Positions 1-8,880 are shown, counted from the stretch's first letter. The stretch: 64,000 nt of DNA from a candidate division WWE3 bacterium (GCA_030619715.1 JAUXAW010000001.1:3195-67194); one strand, 5' to 3'. Made by a program: numbers and translations. Notes: generated from the sequence alone by a model not told the origin.

Positions 1-950
1 GAAACATCTTTCCACGGAATGATTCGATATTGGTAATTGGGTTTCTCAGAAAAAGCATCCTTTACCGCTGGGAGATGCTCAAACCAACCCCGATACTTTT
101 TGCCAATTAGATTCTCACCTTTAATCTTCGTAACTTCGGTTGCGTTGGGCGCAGTTTTTTTCATGTAATCTTCTGTGGAATAAAAGATGCCCGCCTCGGT
201 TTTAAATCTCACATATTCGAGTTTTGGGTTAACCGCAATTGCGGTATTAGCCGGTAGAGTCCACGGCGTTGTTGTCCAAACTAATAAATACTCATTCTTA
301 GCATCTAGTAATTGATACTCCACCGTAATCGCTGTGTGTGTGATCTCTTGGTACTCCTCACTCAAAATTTCGTGCTGGGAGATAGCCGTTCCGCAACGGG
401 GGCACCAAGGGACCGAATCGCGACCTTTGTAAAGATTTCCATCCCGCCAAACTTTTTTCAAAAAATGCCAAATTGCGTAGTTGTTCTCGTCGCTCATCGT
501 GTAATAGTCGTTCCCCCAATCCATAAAATATCCCAATCTTTTTGATTGTTCCGTCTGAATCTTGGCAAAATGCAAAGTATGTTTTTTACATTCTTCGACA
601 AACTTAGCAATACCATACCTCTCAATATCCTTTTTTGATTTAAAACCCAATTTCTTTTCGACCTCGACCTCAACCCAAAGCCCCTGGTTATCAAAACCGT
701 TTTGAAATCTCTCGCGAAATCCCTGCATACTCTTGTAGCGTTGATATAGATCTTTGAGAGTCCGACCCCAGGCGTGATGAACACCCATTGGGTTGTTAGC
801 GGTGATAGGACCATCGAGGAAGGAAAAGCGCTTCTTTGAGGCCTTGTTCTTTTCAAGATATTTTGGAAGAATCTTATTCTTCTCCCAAAACCGTAAAATC
901 TTTTCTTCAAGTTTGGGAAAATCAACTTTAGAGTCGACGGGCTTGAACAT
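1..950 (-). CDS. ileS: Isoleucyl-tRNA synthetase, archaeal/eukaryote-like type, N-terminal ~316 aa. The gene runs off the window start.
   Basis: Manual translation of the minus strand from the ATG at 950 gives MFKPVDSKVDFPKLEEKILRFWEKNKIL...FSFLDGPITANNPMGVHHAWGRTLKDLYQRYKSMQGF...WCPRCGTAISQHE. This is the class I aaRS HIGH-type region and IleRS-like Zn motif. There is no stop codon down to position 1. The tracked ORFs 312-545 and 494-925 are other frames. Confidence 0.75.
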   Translation of the reverse strand, partial: MFKPVDSKVDFPKLEEKILRFWEKNKILPKYLEKNKASKKRFSFLDGPITANNPMGVHHAWGRTLKDLYQRYKSMQGFRERFQNGFDNQGLWVEVEVEKKLGFKSKKDIERYGIAKFVEECKKHTLHFAKIQTEQSKRLGYFMDWGNDYYTMSDENNYAIWHFLKKVWRDGNLYKGRDSVPWCPRCGTAISQHEILSEEYQEITHTAITVEYQLLDAKNEYLLVWTTTPWTLPANTAIAVNPKLEYVRFKTEAGIFYSTEDYMKKTAPNATEVTKIKGENLIGKKYRGWFEHLPAVKDAFSEKPNYQYRIIPWKDV

Positions 951-1026
951 TGTGAGGTCAGTATAACAAGAAGAGGCGATCACCGCAAGATTTTTCTTTG
1001 CGTTGACCGCCTGCTCTCTCCAAAAA

Positions 1027-1611
1027 CTATTCTTCCTCCTTCCGCCGGGGCACCTGGTGGCAGTGGCGGCAGCGGGCTTCGTAGGTCTCGTCGGCGCCGA
1101 CCATGATCACCGGATCGTCGTAGTTGGCTGGCTGACCGTTAATCAACCGCTGGCTACGGCTAGCCGGCGCACCACAGACGACGCAGATGGCCTGCAGCTT
1201 GTCCACCTTCTCCGCTATGGCCATCAGCAAGGGCATCGGACCGAAGGGCTCACCGCGAAAGTCCATATCCAGTCCAGCAACGACAACACGCACACCACCG
1301 TCTGCTAGCAGATTGCAAACATCGGCGAGAGTGTGCTCGAAGAAGTGCCCCTCGTCAATGAACACCACCTCGATGTCCGGCCCGACCAACGCTGTTATCT
1401 GCCAAACATCTCCCACTATAACAGCTTTGTGACGCTCTCCCCTATGAGAACCCACACTCTCTGCTGTATAGCGGGTGTCGCGGCTGTGATTGAATACCAT
1501 TACCTGCTGCCGGGCAATCTCGGCTCGCCTGATACGACGGAGTAGCTCCTCCGTCTTGCCGCTGAACATGCTGCCGCAGATGACCTCGATCCAACCTCTC
1601 TTTTGAGACAT
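1027..1611 (-). CDS. tdk: Thymidine kinase (TK1 family). The ATG at 1611 is preferred; the track start at 1632 is a TTG.
   Basis: [17 protein letters not shown]-loop. C-terminal Zn ribbon CVVCG...CRHCH. RBS GGAGG 7-9 nt upstream of the ATG at 1611. GC-rich. Confidence 0.85.
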   Translation of the reverse strand: MSQKRGWIEVICGSMFSGKTEELLRRIRRAEIARQQVMVFNHSRDTRYTAESVGSHRGERHKAVIVGDVWQITALVGPDIEVVFIDEGHFFEHTLADVCNLLADGGVRVVVAGLDMDFRGEPFGPMPLLMAIAEKVDKLQAICVVCGAPASRSQRLINGQPANYDDPVIMVGADETYEARCRHCHQVPRRKEEE

Positions 1612-1628
1612 ACTCTCCCTCCTCTCCT

Positions 1629-2051
1629 TCAACGATGGTAGCCAAGTCTTCGAACAGCATCAAGGAAAGCACTCTCCTCAGGTCCAATCGGCGACTCGCC
1701 TTCGAGAAGAGCTAGAATCCTTTCAGGAGAAGGGCCCCGCGCTTCAGTTAGGAGCAGTTCGTCTCCGAACTTCTGCCCAAGGGGTCCCTCCCTGAAAGCC
1801 CGCTCCAAAAGAACCAGAGCATCGCTCTCCTTGAGTCCGATCGGAGACCCTCTCGCCAGCAATTCCAGCAATTCTCCGAGGGTAAAACGGGTCGTCTCTC
1901 TCTGAAGCTTTCTGATATGACGCGCTGCCTGACCTGCTGAAGCAAACCCACCCTCAACAAGCTTCAGATTTTTTGTTTCCTCAAAAGTCTCCCTGAGCAT
2001 TACAAAACCATCCTCCGAACCCGTGGCTGACACCGCTATAACCCACTCCAT
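1629..2051 (-). CDS. Hypothetical protein, GC-rich. The likely start is the ATG at 2051, preceded by AGGAGG.
   Basis: [22 protein letters not shown]..., about 140 aa. It lies immediately upstream of tdk on the same strand, with a strong RBS. No recognisable domain. Confidence 0.5.
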   Translation of the reverse strand: MEWVIAVSATGSEDGFVMLRETFEETKNLKLVEGGFASAGQAARHIRKLQRETTRFTLGELLELLARGSPIGLKESDALVLLERAFREGPLGQKFGDELLLTEARGPSPERILALLEGESPIGPEESAFLDAVRRLGYHR

Positions 2052-2183
2052 CCTAACTCCCCTCCTTTCTTTCTTTGTTAAATTTTGATGGTGCTGCGAA
2101 TAAAACAAAAGCCCCTTGCGGGGCAGTTTGAGACAAACCTAGTCAACCATAATTTCTAAATTCTGTAAAGACCTAATTTTGAC

Positions 2184-2218
2184 AACTTGACAAATCTGTT
2201 ACACTTTGGTAGTTTTTA
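2184..2218 (+). promoter_or_regulatory. Candidate sigma70-like promoter (TTGACA-17-TAGTTT) in a divergent intergenic region.
   Basis: The TTGACA motif is duplicated (ttgacaacttgacaa), with a -10-like element 17 nt downstream. It lies upstream of the 2337 lipoprotein ORF. Confidence 0.3.
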
Positions 2219-2336
2219 ATACAGGTTAAAGAGGATCAGCAGATTCACAACACCACAAAACACGGGAAGGAGGCAGACCAGGTCTTTTGTGTTACACCTG
2301 GGTTAGGCACAGAATCGAAGAAAGGAGGTAACCCAC

Positions 2337-2543
2337 ATGTCACGCCGAAGGGCACTAGGGCTTCTATTGCTCATCGTTATACTCTTGGCAGGAGGCTGCG
2401 CACCGCCACTGCCCGGCACACAGGGAAGATGTGAAGCCGATTGCCAAGATTTAGGCCACGAGTTCTGGGAATTCGAGCGGGGCCTTGCTGGGAGCGACTG
2501 CTGGTGCAAACCAGCAAACAAGGACCCCATCCAGGTGTGGTAG
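2337..2543 (+). CDS. Small Cys-rich lipoprotein, 68 aa.
   Basis: RBS GGAGG then ATG. Signal peptide with a lipobox-like LLAGGC. Four more Cys in the mature part. Confidence 0.5.
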   Translation: MSRRRALGLLLLIVILLAGGCAPPLPGTQGRCEADCQDLGHEFWEFERGLAGSDCWCKPANKDPIQVW

Positions 2544-2618
2544 CCCCAAAATGGCACCATCTCAATTCAAACCGTCCAGCAGTAGCTGGACCAAAACACT
2601 CCGAAGGAGGTGAGAGAA

Positions 2619-2882
2619 ATGGCGGAACCTGTAGGTGCCAAAGTCGTCACTGAAGATGGCAGGGTCTACACCGGAAACATCGTCGAACCCGCGTCTCCAG
2701 GGCTGCTTACACTAGAAAGGTGTGCTCTGGTAATACCGGGTGGTGGATGGTGTTCCGAAGGAAAACGGTCCATCCCGATCCACAATGTCCGCCACGTGGA
2801 TCATGGAGAGTTCACATGGGGAATGGGCGCTAAGAGCTGGTTTAAGGATGGGAAGCCCATCATCGATCCCATCCTTACATAA
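2619..2882 (+). CDS. Hypothetical small protein, ~87 aa.
   Basis: RBS GGAGG 8 nt upstream of the ATG at 2619. GC-rich. Followed by a terminator. Confidence 0.45.
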   Translation: MAEPVGAKVVTEDGRVYTGNIVEPASPGLLTLERCALVIPGGGWCSEGKRSIPIHNVRHVDHGEFTWGMGAKSWFKDGKPIIDPILT

Positions 2883-2891
2883 CCAGCCAAA

Positions 2892-2939
2892 AGCCGCAGA
2901 GTGGTAACACCGAAGTTGCTCTGCGGCTACTTTCTTTCA
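2892..2939 (+). terminator. Rho-independent terminator.
   Basis: 10 bp stem AGCCGCAGAG/CTCTGCGGCT with a 17 nt loop, followed by tactttctttc. Confidence 0.6.
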
Positions 2940-2943
2940 AAAC

Positions 2944-3522
2944 CTACTGACCCCACTTTAACGATCGCCCTTCATCAAGAAGCATCAGAAGCATGATTCC
3001 GTAGTTGGCTAAATCCAGAGCCGTGTCCGGCAGTTTCTCGTCGGCAACTTTTCTTTTGTAACTTTTTTTGGAAAGCTGGGTGAGACGAAAGTATTTGTCC
3101 CCGATCCGGACTCCCAGTCCGGGAATCCCCCAAAAGCGAAAGGCATTCCCGTAATCGGCATTTTTACGCCGGAAAAGACTGGTCATTTCTCTGACCAGCT
3201 TCTTAAAAGCTTTTGGTTCGGAAAGACCCAGAAGACTGGGCCTAAAGAAGTTAAGATGAAAGTTGGTAGCATTGATAACTAAGGATTCTGTCGTGCTCTG
3301 AATCCGCTTGCGTAACTTCTGATCCTGTGGTCTCTTTTGCGCCTGGATAAGAAGTTCGACCAGCTCAAAATAGTCTTTCCTCAAATTAGCAGGAGGGTCG
3401 GTAGGATCGTAACTCAAAAGCTGATCCTGACTTAGTGACAAAATCCGTTTCGCCGCAACGGCAAAGTGAGCGGCATTCTCCTTATTGGAAGCCCTCATTA
3501 GTTTTTTTAAATCTTTCATCAT
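2944..3522 (-). CDS. DUF1599-like (nucleotide-modification-associated domain-like) protein, 192 aa.
   Basis: The motif KNADYGNAFRFWG...RIGDKYFRLTQL resembles the K-x-x-DYG-x-A-W/F-R ... D-K/Q-I/Y-F signature I associate with DUF1599. This recollection is unverified. Confidence 0.4.
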   Translation of the reverse strand: MMKDLKKLMRASNKENAAHFAVAAKRILSLSQDQLLSYDPTDPPANLRKDYFELVELLIQAQKRPQDQKLRKRIQSTTESLVINATNFHLNFFRPSLLGLSEPKAFKKLVREMTSLFRRKNADYGNAFRFWGIPGLGVRIGDKYFRLTQLSKKSYKRKVADEKLPDTALDLANYGIMLLMLLDEGRSLKWGQ

Positions 3523-3754
3523 TATGTTTATCTTAGTCTAACGGTAGCTACTGTAATTTTTTGGGGATCAAAGGGGACAACCCGACCGTCTCTTTTTCTA
3601 ATTTTTTCTGGGGTTTGGACAGGAGTTTTGGACACAGAAAACAACCCCGGGGGCAGCGAGGAGTGAGGAAATTCTTTCAACAATGTAAAGAGTATACTAT
3701 GTGTCTCCTCAATGTCAAGCTCCAAAGTAGAGAGGTGCAGAGAAAAATCTGTAA

Positions 3755-4810
3755 CTAAGCGGGAAGAAGGGTCTGACCAGTCCGGAGGGCTCGGGCAACC
3801 TTGTTGGGTATAGTTAGATCTAACTCCCAAAAATTTTGCTGGCGGGTGATCGGTTGGACCGGACCCGAACCACTCTGGCCACTCAGCCATGGCAAAAGAA
3901 TTTTTTCCGCGACCCATTTACTCGCCGCCGGGGCCACTGACTTTGAAATTAAGACCTGCGCCTCGAGAGGCCTTGGCCGAACCGACAAAATATTCAGAAT
4001 CTTGTCAAGCGGATAGGTCATTAGCGCGGCGTGTTCCAAAAGGTCAAACCAGCGATTCTCCTCCTGCCAAACCATCAGCCGTCGAGAAAGTACCGAACCG
4101 GTGTACCAATCTTTCTGGCTGATTATTTTTGGCACCACCGAACGAAACTTCATCTCCAAATCCCGTTTCTCCGCCCAGGCCACCGGATTAACCGCTTCTT
4201 TGGAAAAAACAGGATGCCCGAAGTCATAGCCTTCTGTTTCAGACTTCAACCAATCACCAACTTTATAATCGGAGGGCCAAACGGTCTCCGGGACAGAGGG
4301 GGGTTTCCTGGTCATACTGGTATGGATGATGTGAACACGTGGCCTTCTTTGAGGAATACCGATGTAACGTAAATCCAACCGTACAAGTAAGGTTGTCACG
4401 TTGTCCCAGACATCATAAAGTTGATTGTGAAAATTTGTCAAAAGCTTTCGTCCTAATGTCCAAGATAGAGGGCCTGTTTCCCACCAGATAACTTGGGCGC
4501 GAGAAGCTCCTGCTACTTTAACAAGATCAAGGATTTCCGGAAAAGTTTCTGGATCCTCGTGGGACTTCTTATCAAAGAAACTTAAACTTAAGTGGCTGAA
4601 CCTAGAACAAGGCGGGTTCCCTACAACAATATCTGCTTTAGGAAGACTGTCCGGCATCTGGGAAACTTCTTTGCTCGGCAAACCCAAGGACTGTGCCCCG
4701 CGCAATCCGGGTTTCCAAACTTCCTCACTTTCGAGAACCAGCAAACCCGCCTGTTGGAGACCTAGTAAAAATCCTCCTAAATAACAATGAGTTCCAATAA
4801 CTTTAAGCAT
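3755..4810 (-). CDS. Divergent DNA C5-cytosine methyltransferase-fold protein, 351 aa.
   Basis: Motif IV GNPPCSRFS (PC nucleophile). Motif VI-like WWETG (ENV equivalent). Motif VIII QRRPR. Motif I is degenerate (IGTHCYLGGFLLGLQQAG, no FxGxG). The start is 6 bp after the stop of the upstream kinase gene. Confidence 0.6.
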   Translation of the reverse strand: MLKVIGTHCYLGGFLLGLQQAGLLVLESEEVWKPGLRGAQSLGLPSKEVSQMPDSLPKADIVVGNPPCSRFSHLSLSFFDKKSHEDPETFPEILDLVKVAGASRAQVIWWETGPLSWTLGRKLLTNFHNQLYDVWDNVTTLLVRLDLRYIGIPQRRPRVHIIHTSMTRKPPSVPETVWPSDYKVGDWLKSETEGYDFGHPVFSKEAVNPVAWAEKRDLEMKFRSVVPKIISQKDWYTGSVLSRRLMVWQEENRWFDLLEHAALMTYPLDKILNILSVRPRPLEAQVLISKSVAPAASKWVAEKILLPWLSGQSGSGPVQPITRQQNFWELDLTIPNKVARALRTGQTLLPA

Positions 4811-4816
4811 AAGAGT

Positions 4817-5734
4817 TTAAAGAGCCGCATCAATCTTTTTGAGAATAAACTTGAAATCGGAAGGTTTGTGAACGAAGTCGAGCTCATCAACAGGGATAGT
4901 GACTGTAGAACAAAGGTCAAAACTCCCTACCCACTGATCATGTTTTTGGTTGAGGTGCTCCAAATATTCGGCGGTAATATTCTTTTCGTAAACTCTGCCT
5001 CGTTCTTTGATTCTCTTCAAAAGCTCGGGGACGGGCATCTTGAGATAAATAACAAGGTCAGGGACTTGAATGAGGTTTTTAACTGAGGAATAAAGACTTT
5101 GTAGGGTTCGATAATCTAACCCGTCTAGAATGCCTTGCTCGTATAAACTGGTGGCAAAGATAGAGAACTGCTCATGGACGCTGCGGTCCTGAAAAACGGG
5201 GATGATGCTTTTGTCAATTTCCGAATGGATTCTAAAACTTTCGGCGATGAAGTAAAGCTGGCTATGCAGCGCCCATCTCCCCATATCCTGGTAGTAACGC
5301 GGAAGGTAGGGGTTCCCAAGATCATCTATCAAGAAAAACTTACCGTTGTAATACTTAGCTAGCTTTTTAACCAAAACTGTTTTCCCCGCACCAATATTTC
5401 CCGTAACCACTACGTGGAAGAAGCCCTCCCGGGCCCGGACGGCTCCTTTGGTAATTGTCTTTTTAATCTCGGCCAGTTCCCTCTCAACCGCCGTCAGTTT
5501 TGAAGGCAGCGTATAATCTTTTTCCATGTTCTCGGGAAGGAAAAAGGAGAGAGGTTTATTTAGGACTTTGGCAATCTTCTCCAGCGATTCCAGCGAAAGG
5601 CGAAACTGGCCGCTTTCTAACTGGCTAATAGTTGGACCAGCGTAGTTTGTTTTTTCTCCCAAAATTTCCTGGGAAATTCCTAACTCTTCGCGAGCCTTTC
5701 TAACTTGTTTTCCGACGAATTTTTTAATATTCAT
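4817..5734 (-). CDS. XRE-family HTH domain fused to a deoxynucleoside kinase (dCK/dGK/dNK family).
   Basis: N-terminal QVRKAREELGISQEILGEK...TISQLESG (HTH_XRE). P-loop VVTGNIGAGKT. DRS/ERS-like motif QDRSVHEQFSIF. RBS AAGGAG. Confidence 0.7.
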   Translation of the reverse strand: MNIKKFVGKQVRKAREELGISQEILGEKTNYAGPTISQLESGQFRLSLESLEKIAKVLNKPLSFFLPENMEKDYTLPSKLTAVERELAEIKKTITKGAVRAREGFFHVVVTGNIGAGKTVLVKKLAKYYNGKFFLIDDLGNPYLPRYYQDMGRWALHSQLYFIAESFRIHSEIDKSIIPVFQDRSVHEQFSIFATSLYEQGILDGLDYRTLQSLYSSVKNLIQVPDLVIYLKMPVPELLKRIKERGRVYEKNITAEYLEHLNQKHDQWVGSFDLCSTVTIPVDELDFVHKPSDFKFILKKIDAAL

Positions 5735-6012
5735 AAAACAACTCCTTTGATAAGTCTTGATATTTGTAAGATCAGAGTTAGATTGCAGCTAAGTATAGCA
5801 ATCCTATCTGTGAAGGTCAAGGGTTAGACAAAATGGGGGGAGGTTAGAAGTTGATTATGTTAAATTTCACCCAAAGCTTTATGAATATATCTTCTGACTT
5901 GAGGTAATCTTGTTGTTTCAAGTCGTCTTTAGCAGAAGGTAGGTTTCGGTAGCGTGTTCGATCAAAACATGACTTTGGGCATAAAAAATCTTCCGGGGGC
6001 AGCGGAGAATAT

Positions 6013-6091
6013 CAGTAACTCAATAATTCAGTAACATCAGTAAAGACAAGAAGAACCTGCTATTGATTTACTGTCTTTACTGTCTTCACTG
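6013..6091. repeat. CAGTAA/TTACTG repeat element downstream of ftsZ. It includes an 11 bp inverted repeat CAGTAAAGACA/TGTCTTTACTG.
   Basis: CAGTAA at 6013, 6029 and 6038. TTACTG at 6068 and 6077. A related copy lies at 9672-9717. Confidence 0.6.
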
Positions 6092-6094
6092 GCT

Positions 6095-7186
6095 TTACTT
6101 CTTCCGAAGGAAGGTTGGGATTTCGTACTTCTCTTCTTCCTCTTTCATCTTCCCCCGAAATTCTTCCCTAAATCCTTCAACCCTTTCCTCAGACGGGGGT
6201 CGGCCTTCGAAGCCGGTGGCGATGACCGTAATTTTCAGTTGGTCGACCATCGAGTCGTCGATCGTCGCCCCGAAGATAATGTTAGCATCGGGGTCGGCCG
6301 CCTGGGCAATAATCTTTGCCGCCTGGTCCACCTCGTGCATCGTCAAATCCGGGCCGCCGATGATATTAAAAAGTATACCTTTGGCTCCTTCGATATCAAG
6401 CTCCAAAAGGGGCGAGGAAATGGCCGCTTTCGCGGCTTCTTCGGCGCGACGCTCACCGGAACTGCGGCCAATCCCCATCAGGGCCGAACCGGCGTCGGTC
6501 ATAATCGTCCGCACATCGGCAAAGTCCACATTAATCAACCCCGGCATCACAATTAAATCGGAAACTCCCTGAACGCCCTGTCCCAGAACGCCGTCGGCAA
6601 CCTTAAAGGCGTCCAGAATTGACATTTTCTTATCCACAATTTCCAAAAGCTTCTGGTTGGGGATAGTAATTAGGGCGTCAACCTTATCCCTCAAATTAAC
6701 AACCCCTTCCTCGGCCTGTTGCATCCTCTTGCGTCCTTCAAACTCAAAGGGCTTGGTCACCACTCCGATCGTCAATGCTCCCAAACTCTTGGAAATTCCG
6801 GCGATGATTGGCGAGGCGCCGGTCCCCGTTCCCCCACCCAAACCGGCGGTCAAAAAGACCATGTCCGACCCCTCCAAAATCGCCTGTATTCTCTCGGTCG
6901 ATTCCTCCGCCGCCTTGCGGCCAATCTCGGGATTGGCCCCCGAACCCAAACCACCAGTCAGCTGCTCGCCGATCTGAATCTTGACCGGGGCGTTGTTGAT
7001 CGAAAGCGCCTGGGCGTCGGTGTTGACCGCCACAAACTCCACTCCTTGAATCTGCTGGAGGTCAATCATGGAGTTGAGGGCGTTACCACCCCCACCCCCA
7101 ATGCCGAGGACTTTGATGTTTGCAAATTTTTCAACTTCCGGTTTGATTAACATAATATGATGAAAAGGGATTCGGGGCAGAATCAA
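6095..7186 (-). CDS. ftsZ: Cell division GTPase FtsZ.
   Basis: GGGTGTG tubulin signature; FEFEGRKR. Confidence 0.95.
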   Translation of the reverse strand: MILPRIPFHHIMLIKPEVEKFANIKVLGIGGGGGNALNSMIDLQQIQGVEFVAVNTDAQALSINNAPVKIQIGEQLTGGLGSGANPEIGRKAAEESTERIQAILEGSDMVFLTAGLGGGTGTGASPIIAGISKSLGALTIGVVTKPFEFEGRKRMQQAEEGVVNLRDKVDALITIPNQKLLEIVDKKMSILDAFKVADGVLGQGVQGVSDLIVMPGLINVDFADVRTIMTDAGSALMGIGRSSGERRAEEAAKAAISSPLLELDIEGAKGILFNIIGGPDLTMHEVDQAAKIIAQAADPDANIIFGATIDDSMVDQLKITVIATGFEGRPPSEERVEGFREEFRGKMKEEEEKYEIPTFLRKK

Positions 7187-7201
7187 AAAGGATTAATCCT
7201 T

Positions 7202-7642
7202 CTAAATCCTCTTTGTATCCCTCTTAATTCTATTCCTGAAGGTAAACACTTGTAACGGTCTGCTCCCAAAATTTACCAGAAAACCTATACTTAATCCAGA
7301 CGCTCTTAGATAAGAAACCGTTTGTGATCTAAACTGTGAGTGCGAAGTTTCCACCGCCTTAACCTCAACAACAATCTTTCCATCAACTACCAAGTCAATT
7401 CGATGATCCCCAACCTTCCCTCCTTTAAAATGAACCGGCACATGTACTTCCTCTCGAAAGCGAATCCGATGTTCCTTGAGGCACTTTTTAATCGCTTCAA
7501 CATAAACCGACTCTTTAAAGCCGGGACCTAGCTCGTTATAAACCTCAAAGAAAATCCCCCTTAACTTATAGGTGAGCTCCGGATACAACAACTCCTTTTC
7601 ATTGCTGATCCCTCTTGATCCTTCGTCATCCTTCTTAATCAT
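7202..7642 (-). CDS. GxxExxY family protein (PD-(D/E)xK-like).
   Basis: LTYKLRGIFFEVYNELGPGFKESVYVEAI matches the GxxExxY signature. Confidence 0.7.
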   Translation of the reverse strand: MIKKDDEGSRGISNEKELLYPELTYKLRGIFFEVYNELGPGFKESVYVEAIKKCLKEHRIRFREEVHVPVHFKGGKVGDHRIDLVVDGKIVVEVKAVETSHSQFRSQTVSYLRASGLSIGFLVNFGSRPLQVFTFRNRIKRDTKRI

Positions 7643-7644
7643 AT

Positions 7645-8880
7645 TCAGGGCAGATAGGATTTAATCCAGTTGACCATTCTTCCCAAAAGCTCAAACACAC
7701 GTCCCCGAGCGGCGCCTAAACTGATGCGGCGTTCGGGCTGCAATCTCGAACCGTACAAAAGAAGGCCAATCGAGGCAGCAAAAGCCGGGCCATTAACCTC
7801 TTCAATCAGACCCGAAGCCCCGCGAGGTTGGCCAATCCGCACCGGCATCTTCAAAACCTGTTTGGCGGCCTCGGCAATCCCCGCCGTCTCCGCCGCTCCC
7901 CCGCAGATAATAATTCCCGCCGGTAGCTTCCCGGCAAAACCAGACTTCTTGACCTCCAATGCCACCAGCGAGAAAATCTCCTGCAGTCGTGCTTTGATAA
8001 TTTCGTTGAGCGTTTTTTTTGACAACGTTTTCGTCTCCAGTCCCAAATCAGAAATGTCAAGCTGATTCTCTTCTTTCTGGTTGCCTAGCGCCGCCACCTG
8101 CAGTTTTTCCTTGATCTTCCCCGCATCCTCCAAACTGGTGCGCAAGCCGATGGCCAAATCGTTGGTGAGATTCTGACCGCCGATCGGTAGAACCGTGGCG
8201 TAGGCCGGACTGCTGTCCTCAAAAACCAAAATGTCCGTCGTTCCCCCGCCGATATCGACCAAAACCGCGCCCAACTCCTTTTCCGTGTCCGTCAAAACCG
8301 CTTCGGCCGCCGCCACCCCCCCAAAAACCAGATCCTCCACGTCTACCCCGACCTGCTGGACGCACTTGACCAAGTTCCTCATCACCGTCGTGGCTCCGGA
8401 GATAATGTTCGTTTCTACCTCGAGGCGAATCCCACTCATCCCCACCGGGTCGCGCACTCCATCCTGCGAATCAACAATAAAACCGCGGGGGATGACGTGA
8501 ATGATCTCCCGCGACGAGGGAATCGAAATCGCCTGCGCCGCCTCGGTCACCCGAGCCACATCCGACGGCGAAATCTCACCTTCCTGATGGGCGACGGCGA
8601 CGACTCCGTGGGAGTTAAGCGAGGAGATATGCGTTCCGTCAACCAAACAGTAGGCCGAGGAAACGGCGTAACCAGCCATCCGCTCGGCGCTCTCGAGGGA
8701 CGCGGCAATCGCCTCGACCGCCTCGTCGATGTCAACCACCACTCCTTTCTTGATCCCTTTTGAAGGTACGGTTGAAACCCCAATGACCGAAATCTTCCCC
8801 TCGGGGGACAGAGTAGCAATGATCGTTGTTATCTTCGCGGAACCAATATCAAGTCCAGCAATTATCCTATCTTTGGCCAT
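7645..8880 (-). CDS. ftsA: Cell division protein FtsA.
   Basis: Actin-like ATPase motifs DIGSAKITT and DIGGGTTD. Confidence 0.95.
   Translation of the reverse strand: MAKDRIIAGLDIGSAKITTIIATLSPEGKISVIGVSTVPSKGIKKGVVVDIDEAVEAIAASLESAERMAGYAVSSAYCLVDGTHISSLNSHGVVAVAHQEGEISPSDVARVTEAAQAISIPSSREIIHVIPRGFIVDSQDGVRDPVGMSGIRLEVETNIISGATTVMRNLVKCVQQVGVDVEDLVFGGVAAAEAVLTDTEKELGAVLVDIGGGTTDILVFEDSSPAYATVLPIGGQNLTNDLAIGLRTSLEDAGKIKEKLQVAALGNQKEENQLDISDLGLETKTLSKKTLNEIIKARLQEIFSLVALEVKKSGFAGKLPAGIIICGGAAETAGIAEAAKQVLKMPVRIGQPRGASGLIEEVNGPAFAASIGLLLYGSRLQPERRISLGAARGRVFELLGRMVNWIKSYLP

Noticed and set aside
312-925. Tracked ORFs 312-545 (+) and 494-925 (-).
   Set aside because: They are alternative frames overlapping the ileS coding frame. 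Manual translation of the minus strand from 950 gives a continuous IleRS sequence with HIGH-region motifs. The 494-925 ORF starts at a TTG and is out of frame.
1003-1687. Several plus- and minus-strand ORFs (1003-1308, 1187-1432, 1333-1545, 1442-1687) overlapping tdk.
   Set aside because: Shadow ORFs typical of GC-rich DNA. The tdk frame has unambiguous P-loop and Zn-ribbon motifs.
3528-3917. 129-aa minus-strand ORF overlapping the 3' end of the MTase-fold gene.
   Set aside because: It overlaps 160 bp of a gene with clear motifs and has no RBS or recognisable motif. Kept only as a possible frameshift continuation (see finding).
5735-6094. Possible small gene in the 360 bp gap between the kinase fusion and ftsZ.
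   Set aside because: No ORF with an RBS. The region contains promoter-like and CAGTAA repeat elements instead.
6063-7150. Plus-strand ORFs 6063-6572, 6239-6556, 6657-6977 and 6719-7150.
   Set aside because: Antisense to ftsZ, which is unequivocal. Low-complexity composition.
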